Under the pieces are notes generated by a model that did not search any database, had not been told where the DNA came from, and was given only the letters and a program-made list of their open reading frames with translations. Below are positions 1 through 10,053 of a stretch of 64,000 nucleotides of DNA, one piece after another. The translations under genes and the position numbers were made by a program. The stretch's first letter is position 1. Each line of letters begins with the position of its first letter. This DNA comes from Candidatus Velthaea sp. (GTDB lineage: Bacteria > Vulcanimicrobiota > Vulcanimicrobiia > Vulcanimicrobiales > Vulcanimicrobiaceae), in contig CBDCCS010000019.1 of assembly GCA_965214935.1 (NCBI GenBank), positions 1 to 64,000 on the forward strand. The letters are read 5' to 3'.

Positions 1-311
1 GCAAGAACGCGAGCAGTTCTTACCGGCTTAAACGCTTCTTTACAAATGACTGCACGACGCCGTACCTGATGTAGCAAAACCCGCTCTCTTATATGGCCGG
101 TCGAATGTTACGCTTCTCCTATCTTCGGACGGCAGCGATGAAATAAGCGCACGTAAAGCAACGAAGCTCGTGCGTGCGCTGGAATCGTCCGTGCCGAATC
201 GGCACCAACTGTCGTTTCAGCGTCCAGCGGTTAGTGCTGACCGCGATGTGCGCCGTCGCTGACGGAGCACCGTGTTCCGTCGCTACCGCCGGTCGCAGCT
301 GCGAACGAAAC

Positions 312-395
<84 letters not shown>

Positions 396-435
396 GCGGC
401 CGAAGACGTTTAGTCGTTGTTGAAAGCCAAGCCTT

Positions 436-1227
436 TTATCGGCCCGCAGCGGCCGGCTTCGGCATCATGAGCCTTCCGGCGACGCGTGCAACGAGCGTCC
501 GCGGCATGAAGCGCTGCGACACGGCCATGACGCGATTGACCGGGCCGTCGACGACGTAAGAATCGCCGCGATCGTAGGCGCGCAACGCCGTCTTGACGAC
601 TTGCTGCACGCTGCGAAAGCTGCCCATCTGCGCTCCTTCGCCGGCGATTTTAAAGAAGTTCGTGCTTGTCGGGCCGGGACACAGCGCTAGAACGCGGACG
701 CCGCGACTGCGAAACTCTTCGCTGAGCGCTTCGGAGAACGAGAGCACAAAGGCTTTGGTAGCGCCGTAGACCGCCATGTAGGGTACCGGCTGAAACGCTG
801 CAGTCGAACCAACGTTGATGATGCCGCCGCTTCCGCGCGCAAGCATCGCGGGCGCAAAGCGATCGGTCAACGCGACGAGTGCCTCAACGTTGAGACGAAT
901 TTGACCGGCATGACGAGCGGAGCCGATCGTCTCAAAGCCGCCGTGCGCGCCGTATCCGGCGTTGTTTACAAGCAAGTCGACGCGCCCGAACGCCGTTATA
1001 ACATCGACGGCGACACGGTCCACGGCGACCGCATCCGTTAAGTCCGCCGCCATCGGTTCGACGCGGCAACCGCTGCGCCCGGCGATCCGAGCTGCAACGC
1101 TCGCGAGAGCATCGCTATGTCGCGCGATCAGCGCTAGATCGTAACCGCGTTTGGCCAGGGCATCGGCAAAAGCTTCGCCGATGCCCATCGACGCGCCGGT
1201 TATCACGGCGACCTGACGCTCAGCCAT
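436..1227 (-). CDS. Short-chain dehydrogenase/reductase
   Basis: TGASMGIG, NNAG and YGATK motifs. Confidence 0.93.
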   Translation of the reverse strand: MAERQVAVITGASMGIGEAFADALAKRGYDLALIARHSDALASVAARIAGRSGCRVEPMAADLTDAVAVDRVAVDVITAFGRVDLLVNNAGYGAHGGFETIGSARHAGQIRLNVEALVALTDRFAPAMLARGSGGIINVGSTAAFQPVPYMAVYGATKAFVLSFSEALSEEFRSRGVRVLALCPGPTSTNFFKIAGEGAQMGSFRSVQQVVKTALRAYDRGDSYVVDGPVNRVMAVSQRFMPRTLVARVAGRLMMPKPAAAGR

Positions 1228-1441
1228 GCGCCGTCACTTCGAGACGCGTACGCTGACGAGCGCACCCAAAAAAACGATCCATCATTTCCGGTCATTGTGC
1301 GAACGCCGGCCGCGAACCGCTTTGAACGCGCCTTGATGGACGTGCATCGAAGGGATGCCTCCCGGGTTTGACAACGTCAATGACTCAGCGCATGCCGCCT
1401 TCATCGAACAAAACCGCCCATCACCGGCGAACCGCACGCGT

Positions 1442-2611
1442 ATGATCGTGCGGCTACTGCCGATCTTAGGCATCACGTTTATCGACATCCTCGGGTTCAG
1501 CATTCTCATTCCGCTGCTGCCGTTTTACGTTCAGCGTTTTGGTGCGTCACCGTTCGTCATCGGCGTCCTCTTTTCGACCTTCGCCTTTTGCCAGCTATTG
1601 GCCGGCCCGATTTGGGGAAACATCAGCGATCGCATCGGACGCAAGTCGGTCTTGATCGTATCGCAGATCGGCGCGACGATCGGCTGGACGATGCTCGCGT
1701 TTGCGCCGGCACTGTGGTTTGTGTTTCTCGCGCGTGTTATCGAAGGTTTATCCGGCGGCAATCTGAGCGTAACGCAATCATACGTTGCCGACGTCGTCGA
1801 GCCGGCACAACGTTCGCGTGCCTATGCATACATCGGCGCAGCATTCAGTGCCGGCATGATTTTCGGGCCGGCGGCCGGCGGCTATCTTGCGCACACCTAT
1901 GGTTTTGCAGTGCCGTTTCTCTTAGCGGCAGCGTTGCAAGTCGTTACGCTCGGCGTCACGATCGTGTTCCTCAGCGAAACCAAAGCGGACACTCCTCAAG
2001 CTGTACCGTCGTTTGCCGATATCGGTGCGGCGCTACGCAATCCGGCAGTTGCGCCGGTGCTGTGGCAGAAGCTGGTGTACTCGCTGGGGCTCTACGGCTG
2101 GTTTGCGGCGCTTACACTCGTGTTGCAACGGCAACTCGGTCTGCGCGAGGACACGGTAAGCTATTTTTACGCAGCGTTCGCGGTCATCAGCGTCGTGACG
2201 CAATTATTTTTCGTTAGTCGGTTGACCGCGGCGGTCGGCGATCGCCGCGCGAATAACATCGGTTTGGTCGCGATCGCCGTGTCGTTCTGCTTCGTACCGT
2301 TTCTGCACGATGCCCTGAGCGCTTTGGGGATGATCGTTTTCTTTGCGACCGGCTTATCGATCAACAACGCAACGATCGCAGCGCTCATCGGTGCAGCGGC
2401 ACCGGATAATGCGCGCGGTACGATTTTCGGTGTCGGCTCGTCGCTCGAAAGCGCGTCCGGCGTTGTAATGCCGCCGCTTTCGACCGGCGCTTTGAGCGCT
2501 TACGGGGCCGTTGCGACTGCGGCAATCTCCGGCTTCTTAACGCTCATCGCGTTGATCATGGGGATCGTTGCCGAACGCTTACGACCGGCGAGTGAAACGG
2601 CCGTGCCCTAA
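1442..2611 (+). CDS. MFS transporter, TetA/DHA1-like
   Basis: Multiple TM helices, motif A GNISDRIGRK; start placed at ATG 1442 (ORF is open from 1355). Confidence 0.88.
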   Translation: MIVRLLPILGITFIDILGFSILIPLLPFYVQRFGASPFVIGVLFSTFAFCQLLAGPIWGNISDRIGRKSVLIVSQIGATIGWTMLAFAPALWFVFLARVIEGLSGGNLSVTQSYVADVVEPAQRSRAYAYIGAAFSAGMIFGPAAGGYLAHTYGFAVPFLLAAALQVVTLGVTIVFLSETKADTPQAVPSFADIGAALRNPAVAPVLWQKLVYSLGLYGWFAALTLVLQRQLGLREDTVSYFYAAFAVISVVTQLFFVSRLTAAVGDRRANNIGLVAIAVSFCFVPFLHDALSALGMIVFFATGLSINNATIAALIGAAAPDNARGTIFGVGSSLESASGVVMPPLSTGALSAYGAVATAAISGFLTLIALIMGIVAERLRPASETAVP

Positions 2612-2615
2612 AAGC

Positions 2616-3350
2616 TTAGGCGTGCCCAAAGATGGCGCGGTCGGCGATTTCGGTCGCTGCATCGATGTGCGCCGCACTGAGCGAGTCGCTTTCTAAAATG
2701 GTCGCCCGGATAACACCGTCGACGAGGGCCATGAGCATCATCGCCGTCGACGCCGGGTCGGACACGTCGGCGAAACCGCGTGACGTAAGCACTTCGAGAT
2801 GTTCGTGCAAGCGTCGGCGCGTGGAATCGCGCCGCTCTTCGCGATAGGCTGCCAAACGCGCTTCACTTGCGACCAGGGTGGACCAAGCCCGAACCGCCGC
2901 GCGCCGTTGCAGTGCGAAACGCAGCCGCTCGGACATCCAGGTCCGCACGCCGCGCCGGGCGTCGGCAAGTGACGTGACGTCGTCGCGTAACAGGCCGTCA
3001 TCGCCGACCGCGCGTGTGGCTTTGAGGTGTCGCGCCAGCGCTTCGAGCACGTCCGACCGGTCGCGAAAGTACCGGTAGAACGTACCGTGAGCGACACCGG
3101 CCGCCCGCGCAATGGAATCGACGGTCAGTTCGGCCGCTTCGCCCGCTTCGAGCAAATGTTCGGCAGCGGCAAGGAGGCGCGTTCGCGCATTCGTCCGTAC
3201 CGGCCGAAGCTTCGCAACGGCGCCCTCACCGCTGACGCGGCCGACGTACGTCCAGCGGTTGCGGATTTTGCCGCTAATGGGATCGCGTTCGCTTTGCACG
3301 CGGTACCGGTATTCGCGCCCGCCGATCGTTTTGACGACGTCATACGCCAT
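2616..3350 (-). CDS. TetR/AcrR family regulator with an extra N-terminal beta-rich segment
   Basis: HTH LTVDSIARAAGVAHGTFYRYF; divergent from the DHA2 pump. Confidence 0.9.
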   Translation of the reverse strand: MAYDVVKTIGGREYRYRVQSERDPISGKIRNRWTYVGRVSGEGAVAKLRPVRTNARTRLLAAAEHLLEAGEAAELTVDSIARAAGVAHGTFYRYFRDRSDVLEALARHLKATRAVGDDGLLRDDVTSLADARRGVRTWMSERLRFALQRRAAVRAWSTLVASEARLAAYREERRDSTRRRLHEHLEVLTSRGFADVSDPASTAMMLMALVDGVIRATILESDSLSAAHIDAATEIADRAIFGHA

Positions 3351-3354
3351 ATGT

Positions 3355-3388
3355 GGTAAGATGACTTTGCCGTCATGTCAGTTTTACC
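3355..3388. promoter_or_regulatory. Putative TetR operator
   Basis: ATGAC-N6-GTCAT inverted repeat flanked by GGTAA...TTACC at the short divergent tetR/MFS junction. Confidence 0.45.
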
Positions 3389-4970
3389 TACAACCGCGAC
3401 GAAACCCTCGCTGGTCGTCACGCCGTCCCTAGCCCGGCCGGCGCCGTCACCGACGGCGACCGAACCGCGCGTTCTTTGGATCACGCTCACCACGATGCTC
3501 GGGCTTATCATGGCGATCGTCGACACATCGATCGTCAACGTTGCGCTCAACAACATGGCCGGCACGCTTGGCGCTTCGGTCGACGAAATCGGCTGGGTTG
3601 CGACGGGCTACATCCTGGCGAACGTCGTCATCATGCCGCTCAACGGCTGGCTCACCGCGCGCTTCGGTCGTAAAAATTACTACGCGGCTTGTATCGTTAT
3701 TTTCACCGTCGCATCGTTTCTTTGCGGTACTGCGACCAACGTCTGGCAACTCGTGTTCTACCGTGTCGTTCAAGGTCTGGGCGGCGGCGCGCTGCAACCG
3801 ACGGCGCAAGCTATTCTCTTCGAGTCGTACCCGCCGGAAAAGCGCAGCGGAGCAATGGCGATCTTCGGCTTGGGTGCGATGGTCGGACCGGCGATCGGGC
3901 CGACGCTCGGCGGCGTGATCATCGACAACTTCTCGTGGCCGTTAATTTTCTTTATCAATTTACCGATCGGCGTCATTGCGTTCTTCATGACGCTGCGCTT
4001 CATTAAGAATCCGACGTACATCGTGCGCGATACGTCGCGCGTTGATTGGTTCGGCCTCGGCATCATGACCGCGGGCTTAGCCGCGCTGCAGTACGTTCTT
4101 GAACGCGGGCAGCACGATGACTGGTTTAGCTCGACGACGATCGTCGTGATGTCGGTCATTGCCCTCGTCGGCATCACCGGTTTCATCATGCGCGAGTTAC
4201 GAATCAGTCATCCGCTCGTCGACCTGTCGGTCTTTCGTTCGCGCGGCTTTACTGCAGGTAACATCATCGGCATCGTCAGCGGTTTTGGCTTATACGGCTT
4301 GAATCTCGTGTTGCCGCTTTACTTTCAAAACGTGCTCGGCTTCAACGCAACGCTTACGGGTTTCGCTTTGCTGCCCGGCGCCGTTGCCACGGCGCTCTCA
4401 ATGCCCGTCGCCGGAAAACTCGCAAAGTACCTTGATGCACGTGCATCGATCGGTTTGGGTCTGGCAATGTTCGCTCTTGGTTCTTGGATGTTCAGCTTTC
4501 TTAATGCGAGCGCCGGGATGGCCGACATCTTCTGGCCGCGCGTCTTGCAAGGCTTTGCGCTCGGTTTTCTATTCGTGCCGCTTACGACCGCGAGTCTGGC
4601 GGACGTTCCGCGTGCACGCATGTCGAATGCGACGGGCATCTATACGCTGGTGCGCCAACTGGGCGGAGGCTTTGGAATCGCGATTTTGCAGCTCGTGCAG
4701 CAGCGGGCGCAAGACACGCACTACAGCGATCTTGCATCGGACGTGACGCTCGCGCACCCGGCCATCGCGAATATGATGCAAAGCGCCGGCAGCGCGTCTA
4801 TGCACGCGCGAGCGTTGATGCAAATGGTCGATGCGAACGCCCTGCTGTTGTCTTACAACGATGTGTTCCGGTTGTGCGCCGTCATCTTCATCATCTCGCT
4901 GCCGACGATCTTTCTGTTGAGCGGTAAAAAGGCACCCGCTCTCGCGAGTGCCGCCGTTGTCGCCGATTAA
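3375..4970 (+). CDS. DHA2 (EmrB/QacA) family efflux MFS
   Basis: DTSIVNVAL, WVATGYILA, GPTLGG, WIFFINLPIG-like motifs; 14-TM pattern. Confidence 0.93.
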   Translation: MSVLPTTATKPSLVVTPSLARPAPSPTATEPRVLWITLTTMLGLIMAIVDTSIVNVALNNMAGTLGASVDEIGWVATGYILANVVIMPLNGWLTARFGRKNYYAACIVIFTVASFLCGTATNVWQLVFYRVVQGLGGGALQPTAQAILFESYPPEKRSGAMAIFGLGAMVGPAIGPTLGGVIIDNFSWPLIFFINLPIGVIAFFMTLRFIKNPTYIVRDTSRVDWFGLGIMTAGLAALQYVLERGQHDDWFSSTTIVVMSVIALVGITGFIMRELRISHPLVDLSVFRSRGFTAGNIIGIVSGFGLYGLNLVLPLYFQNVLGFNATLTGFALLPGAVATALSMPVAGKLAKYLDARASIGLGLAMFALGSWMFSFLNASAGMADIFWPRVLQGFALGFLFVPLTTASLADVPRARMSNATGIYTLVRQLGGGFGIAILQLVQQRAQDTHYSDLASDVTLAHPAIANMMQSAGSASMHARALMQMVDANALLLSYNDVFRLCAVIFIISLPTIFLLSGKKAPALASAAVVAD

Positions 4971-4985
4971 TGCACGCCCCAAACG

Positions 4986-5753
4986 CTAATTCGTTTTGCG
5001 GCCGGCTTTCTGGATGACGATCGACGTGTTGGTGACGGTCACGTCGATCGGCGCAGTCCGGCCGCCGTCACCGCTGAACGTAACATGACATGTTCCGGCT
5101 GCAACCGGCGTGACGCTGTAAGAATCGCTTGCAGACGGCGCCAGCGTGATGACGGCCTTGGCATTCGGATCGAACGGCGAACAACTCTGCGCGGCGACCG
5201 AAAAACCACCGGAGTTATTCGGCTGCGATAGCACGACCGTCTGCGCGGGCGCACTTGTCGACGTAAACGTCAAGAGATTCGGCGAAGCGGTCAACGGAGC
5301 CGGCGTTGGTGTTGCAGTCGGCGTCGCGGTCGGTGTCGACGTTGGAGCCGCGGTCGGCACCGGCGTCGCAGGCGGCGTCGGCACCGGCGTTGCGGTCGGT
5401 GTCGATGTTGGTGCCGAGGTCGGAGTCGACGTCGGCGTCGATGTTGGTGCTATAGTCGGCGCCAAAGTCGGCGCCGAGGTCGGTGTATTGCTCGGGACCG
5501 GCGATGCGACGATCGGGCTTGACGCCGTCGGACTTGGAGCCGGCGAAGCCGACTTCGTCGGGTTGCTCGACGGTGTTGCAGACGGCGCGGCAGTTGCCGT
5601 CGGGCTACTCGCGGGCGGCGGCGCCGAAAAACTGACGCCCGTAGCGGCCGGAGGAAGGGCGCTTGTCGATCCGCCGCCACCACCACCACCACAAGCAACG
5701 CACGCCACGGCAAGCACACCGATCGATCCGAACAAACGATAGAACTTCATCAC
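4986..5753 (-). CDS. Pro/Thr-rich lipoprotein with C-terminal beta domain
   Basis: Signal peptide and lipobox (VAC), poly-Gly, PTST/PTAT linker, two Cys in the C-terminal domain. Confidence 0.75.
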   Translation of the reverse strand: MMKFYRLFGSIGVLAVACVACGGGGGGGSTSALPPAATGVSFSAPPPASSPTATAAPSATPSSNPTKSASPAPSPTASSPIVASPVPSNTPTSAPTLAPTIAPTSTPTSTPTSAPTSTPTATPVPTPPATPVPTAAPTSTPTATPTATPTPAPLTASPNLLTFTSTSAPAQTVVLSQPNNSGGFSVAAQSCSPFDPNAKAVITLAPSASDSYSVTPVAAGTCHVTFSGDGGRTAPIDVTVTNTSIVIQKAGRKTN

Positions 5754-5941
5754 GCCTCATACCGAAAGCACATCGGACATCGCGCGATAAATTGCGCAAG
5801 CCGCAGATGTCAATCTTGGCAGAGCGGACGTAACTCAGACGTGAGACCTTCGCTCTATCGGTAAAGGCAATCCCGACCGTTTCGATCGGCCGGCAAATTC
5901 ATCGACCGAGCGTTATTCGCACCAACCGGAAGAACGGTATT

Positions 5942-6574
5942 CTACGAACGCTGACGATCGACATACGAGACTTTAAGGCTGGTTGCGGTCACGCTAATTG
6001 ATATCGTCGCCGTTACGTTCTTTATGCCGGTTACCGTGTACGAGCACGAGCCGCCGGCAACGGGTGCGAACGCGAACGGTCCGTTACCCGAAGCGGGTGT
6101 AACGCTCACGATACCGCTGCATGTTTGCGTCGTCAGCGTAAATCCCGTCGTATTTGCCGGCTGCGTTAGCGTCACGACTTGCGGCGGGCTCGTAGCGCCG
6201 GTGAATGCAAGGGTACTCGACGAGACGACGATCGCTGCTCCGGCGGCCGTTGCCGTCGGCGATGGCACCGGAGTCGTCGGCGACGTCGTCGGCGCCGGGG
6301 TAATCGGCGAAGCCGAGGGCGCGGGCGTAACCGGCGACGGCGTCGGTGCGCCCGGTGAAGACGAGGCGGCCGGTGTCGCACTCGGCGACGCTACGGGTAT
6401 CGGTGCCGCCGAGACTCCGGTCGGCGGACTGACCGGCAAGGTCGATCCTCCGCCGCCACCGCCGCCGCCGCATGCCGCCAGCGGAAGAACGGAACCGAAT
6501 GCGAGGCTGACCAAGAGTGTGTGCGCCGACAGGTGAAATGAGGATTGCGACGGCTCGCGCTCGTTGTACGACAT
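5942..6574 (-). CDS. Pro/Thr-rich lipoprotein, paralog of 4986-5753
   Basis: LAAC lipobox, poly-Gly, PT linker, similar C-terminal domain. Confidence 0.75.
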   Translation of the reverse strand: MSYNEREPSQSSFHLSAHTLLVSLAFGSVLPLAACGGGGGGGGSTLPVSPPTGVSAAPIPVASPSATPAASSSPGAPTPSPVTPAPSASPITPAPTTSPTTPVPSPTATAAGAAIVVSSSTLAFTGATSPPQVVTLTQPANTTGFTLTTQTCSGIVSVTPASGNGPFAFAPVAGGSCSYTVTGIKNVTATISISVTATSLKVSYVDRQRS

Positions 6575-6650
6575 GCCACACCATCATGTTGCATACCATT
6601 ACATGCGCGCCAGGGACCTTTGCTAGTCTTCGTCCGGGCCTTGCGCAGCG

Positions 6651-7913
6651 TTAAGCCGAAGCCGGCGTACCCGCGACGATCGGCCCGAAGCGTTCGACGA
6701 AGGCATCAGGCGTCAATGACGTTTGTACGCTCAAACGCGATAACCGAGGCTCCACAAGGTCGCTGGGTTCAAGCCGAATCATGTATTTGCGTGCGACTTC
6801 ATACGATTCGGTTGTAACGTCGACGAGACGAACGCGAATCCGTCCGGTCGCGGGATCCGTTAGCTCGTCGAGAGTCACCGGAGCAACGCGGCCGCCTGAT
6901 AATGCAATGAGCGCGCCGCTGCCTCCCTGTAATAAATAACGCACGGCGCCGTAACCGAGCGTTCGGGTATACTCTGCATCGAACGGCACGGGTTTCGCGC
7001 AGCGCAGTTCGTAACCGATGTCTTTGGTCACCACCGTAATCTCGCCTAAGCCGAGTTCGCTTAAGCGCGCGCGGACCGCATCGCGCAATACCATGCCGAT
7101 CGGAACGTCGGCCAACCGAATGTGACCGTATGCATCCCGCGTCGCGCCGTCGACCGCCGCCAACTGTTGCGGATCGAGACGTTCGGCGATACCTTCAGCG
7201 ATCATCGCAACGCCATGATCGTGACCGAGTGATTTGCGCTTCACGATCGAGCCTGCAATCGTGTCGACGACGCGATCGAGTGCAATGTGCTCGCCCTCAA
7301 ATTCTTCGGGGATCACCGCCAAGGTCGCGCCGGCAGCTTTGCAGATCCCCAGCGCTAGCGCACCGGACTTACGGCCCATCGTTATTGCAAGATACCAACG
7401 TTGCGCCGTGCGCGCGTCTTCCATGAGGTTTTCGACGATAGCGCTGCCGACGGCGCGTGCAGTCTCGAAGCCGAACGTCGGAGCATTGTCGGGCAGCGGC
7501 AAATCGTTATCGATCGTCTTCGGTACGGTCACAACACCGAGACGACCGCGCGTTTTCGCTGCAATGCGGGCGGCACCGAAGGTCGTATCGTCGCCACCGA
7601 TCGCGACGAGATAGCGAACGCCGAGTTGTAATAGCGAGCGGATGCAACGCTCGAGCGTTTCATCGTCTTTGCCGGGGTTCGTTCGCGAGGTACGCAGCAG
7701 CGATCCACCGCTGAAGTGCAAACGCGAAACGTCGTCGATGCCGAGTTCGACGACATGCGAGGTATCGCCGCGCGCGATGTGCCGGTAGCCGTCATACAAA
7801 CCTAAGACGCGTAGACCGCTATTGACGGCTTCGATCGTTGCCGATGCGATGACACCGTTGATGCCCGGCGCCGGTCCGCCGCCGACAAGGATGGCTAGCG
7901 TGTCGTCAGTCAT
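6651..7913 (-). CDS. pfp: Pyrophosphate-dependent 6-phosphofructokinase
   Basis: GGGPAPGIN, GGDDT and PKTIDND (Asp/Lys signature of PPi-type), MGR. Confidence 0.88.
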   Translation of the reverse strand: MTDDTLAILVGGGPAPGINGVIASATIEAVNSGLRVLGLYDGYRHIARGDTSHVVELGIDDVSRLHFSGGSLLRTSRTNPGKDDETLERCIRSLLQLGVRYLVAIGGDDTTFGAARIAAKTRGRLGVVTVPKTIDNDLPLPDNAPTFGFETARAVGSAIVENLMEDARTAQRWYLAITMGRKSGALALGICKAAGATLAVIPEEFEGEHIALDRVVDTIAGSIVKRKSLGHDHGVAMIAEGIAERLDPQQLAAVDGATRDAYGHIRLADVPIGMVLRDAVRARLSELGLGEITVVTKDIGYELRCAKPVPFDAEYTRTLGYGAVRYLLQGGSGALIALSGGRVAPVTLDELTDPATGRIRVRLVDVTTESYEVARKYMIRLEPSDLVEPRLSRLSVQTSLTPDAFVERFGPIVAGTPASA

Positions 7914-7940
7914 GCAAAGCGCTTCTTCAAACGCCGCGCA

Positions 7941-9140
7941 TTACGCTGCGAGTACGGCCGGTTTTTTCGGCGAAATGCGCCGGTCGACAAAGAGATACAA
8001 GAGCGCCGATAGCAACGGCACGACGCTCATATCGAGTAACGCTGCGCTCGGGCCAACGCGTACGATCAGAAAACCAACCCCGGCAACAGCGGCCGAACCA
8101 ATGCCGAAGGCAACGCCGTTCATCAACCCAAGCGCCATGCCAAGGTTACGCGGCAGCATTGCTTGCGCTAACGCTACGCCCGGCGCATTTTGTACCGACA
8201 GCAGTACACTGCCGGTGAGCAGCAACGCGACCGATAGCAGTCCGCTCTGCAGTAAGGCGCCGGCAAGGAAGGGGACCGTTGCTACCAGACTTACAACGGA
8301 CACGCGTACGGCCCCAAACCGGTCGGCCAGCGAACCGCCGGCAAATAAACCGATCGCGGCAAACACGAGGAAGCCGGTAACGATCGTGCCGGCTTGCGCT
8401 AACGAAAAGCCGCGAGCCGTCAGCAGATTCGGCAAATAGTAGGCAAACGATGCCCCGACGAGATAGCGCAGCGATGTGCTGGCAATCAAGAGCGAAACTC
8501 CGAACCGGTCAACCCGCATTTCGCCCGCTGTTTGTTGCGGAGCAACGCCGGCGTGCATCGAGCGTGCGCTTCCATCGACCCCGCGCATGAGGACGGCGAG
8601 CGCTATCACCGCGAGTCCGCCGGGAAACAACAACACGAGCGAGCCGCTCGGCCCGTACGCGCCGAGGAGCAAACCGATGACCGCCGGACCGAGACCGTAG
8701 CCGATCTGTCCGCCGATTTGAAAGATCGAGATCGCCGACGTGCGCCGGCTGCCGCCGAGCATTGCCGTGTAGCGTCCGGCTTCCGGGTGCATGATGGCCG
8801 ATCCGAAGCCGCCCGCAACGATACAGAATGCGAGCATCGGAAATGACGCAGTCGCGCCGGCGCATGATATTGCGACGACCGTCAACCCGACGGACGCAGG
8901 GAGAAACCACCAGCGACCGCGCCGGTCGCCAAAAGCTCCGAAGAGCGGCTGAACGATCGAGCTCGTGAAATACCAGGCAAAGGCGAGCAGACCCTGACAC
9001 CACGGCGGTAACCCCGCACGCGAAACGTCGAAAAAGATCACCAGCGGAACGATGCCGGAGAAGAAGTCACTCGCACCGTGCGCAAACGAAATTACGGAGA
9101 TGCCGGCCAGGTTCCAGCCGGGCACCGTACGTGCGGCCAC
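7941..9140 (-). CDS. MFS transporter, Fsr-like
   Basis: HxxxD N-terminus, QPLFG, HPEAG, FQIGGQIGYGLGP. Confidence 0.85.
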   Translation of the reverse strand: MAARTVPGWNLAGISVISFAHGASDFFSGIVPLVIFFDVSRAGLPPWCQGLLAFAWYFTSSIVQPLFGAFGDRRGRWWFLPASVGLTVVAISCAGATASFPMLAFCIVAGGFGSAIMHPEAGRYTAMLGGSRRTSAISIFQIGGQIGYGLGPAVIGLLLGAYGPSGSLVLLFPGGLAVIALAVLMRGVDGSARSMHAGVAPQQTAGEMRVDRFGVSLLIASTSLRYLVGASFAYYLPNLLTARGFSLAQAGTIVTGFLVFAAIGLFAGGSLADRFGAVRVSVVSLVATVPFLAGALLQSGLLSVALLLTGSVLLSVQNAPGVALAQAMLPRNLGMALGLMNGVAFGIGSAAVAGVGFLIVRVGPSAALLDMSVVPLLSALLYLFVDRRISPKKPAVLAA

Positions 9141-9148
9141 TGCGAAAG

Positions 9149-10051
9149 TTACGCCGCGCTCTTTTTGCGTCGGGATTTTGCGCCGGCCGCTGCCTTCTTG
9201 CGTGACGCGCCGGTCTTTGCGCCGTCGGCGCCGTCATCCTCAGCTGAGTCGACATTGCCGCTCTTGCGCCGGTTACTCGATGCTTCGAGGCTGCGCTGAA
9301 GGACATCCATGAGATTGACGACGTTGTTGGGTGCCGGGCGCGCCGTTTCTCCGGCCGGCGTTTCTTTACCGGCCGCCCGAGCTTCGATCATCGCGAGCAC
9401 ATCCTCGCGATACGTATCGTGAAACTTTTCGGGCTCGAATTTTTCCGAGCTCATCGTATCGATGAGCATCTTTGCGACTTTGAGTTCGGCCGGCGCAACG
9501 TCTTCTTTGAGTGACGGAAAGTCGAAGTCGGCCTGCACGACGAGTTCGTCGGCATAGTGCATAAGTTCGAGAATAAGCGCTTCACCGTTAGGTTTGAGCG
9601 CCGCAAGATGCTCGCGCGAGCGGATAACGACCCGCGCGATCCCGACTTTCCCGGACTCGTGCAATGATTCGCGCAGCAGCGCATACGCGTGCCGGCCCTT
9701 TTTTTCCGGCTCCAAATAATACGGCGTATCGAAATACATCGGATTAATTTGGGTGAGATCGACGAATTCGACGATGTCGACTGATTGCGTGGCCTCGACG
9801 TTGACGCGCTTGAGATCCTCGTCGCTCACCGTAATGTAGCGCCCTTTTTCATATTCGTAACCGCGCACGAGATCGGCATATTCGACTTTCTCATCGCACA
9901 CCGTGCAGTGCCGCTCTTGAAAGATGCGGCCATCGTCTTTTTTGTGCAAGAAGTTAAAGCGCAGATCGTTACTCCGGACGGCCGTATACAACTTTACCGG
10001 GATAGTGACCAGCCCGAACGAGATCGTTCCGGTCCAGATCGCGTGTGCCAA
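9149..10051 (-). CDS. ku: Ku protein (NHEJ)
   Basis: AIWTGTISFGLVTIPVKLY, basic C-terminal tail; TTG start just after the upstream gene's stop. Confidence 0.96.
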   Translation of the reverse strand: MAHAIWTGTISFGLVTIPVKLYTAVRSNDLRFNFLHKKDDGRIFQERHCTVCDEKVEYADLVRGYEYEKGRYITVSDEDLKRVNVEATQSVDIVEFVDLTQINPMYFDTPYYLEPEKKGRHAYALLRESLHESGKVGIARVVIRSREHLAALKPNGEALILELMHYADELVVQADFDFPSLKEDVAPAELKVAKMLIDTMSSEKFEPEKFHDTYREDVLAMIEARAAGKETPAGETARPAPNNVVNLMDVLQRSLEASSNRRKSGNVDSAEDDGADGAKTGASRKKAAAGAKSRRKKSAA

Positions 10052-10053
10052 CG

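Noticed and set aside
1..311. Integrated element at the tRNA-Leu 3' end; short ORFs 119-559
   Set aside because: No integrase or duplicated tRNA end is visible within the window; the ORFs overlap the tRNA and look spurious
5754..5941. c-di-GMP-I riboswitch-like GAAA hairpin upstream of a lipoprotein
   Set aside because: Lacks the flanking GGCAAA and GCAAA conserved elements
5146..6536. Plus-strand Gly/Val-rich ORFs (5146-5742, 6024-6536; likewise 13326-13805)
   Set aside because: Antisense shadows of Pro/Thr-rich genes
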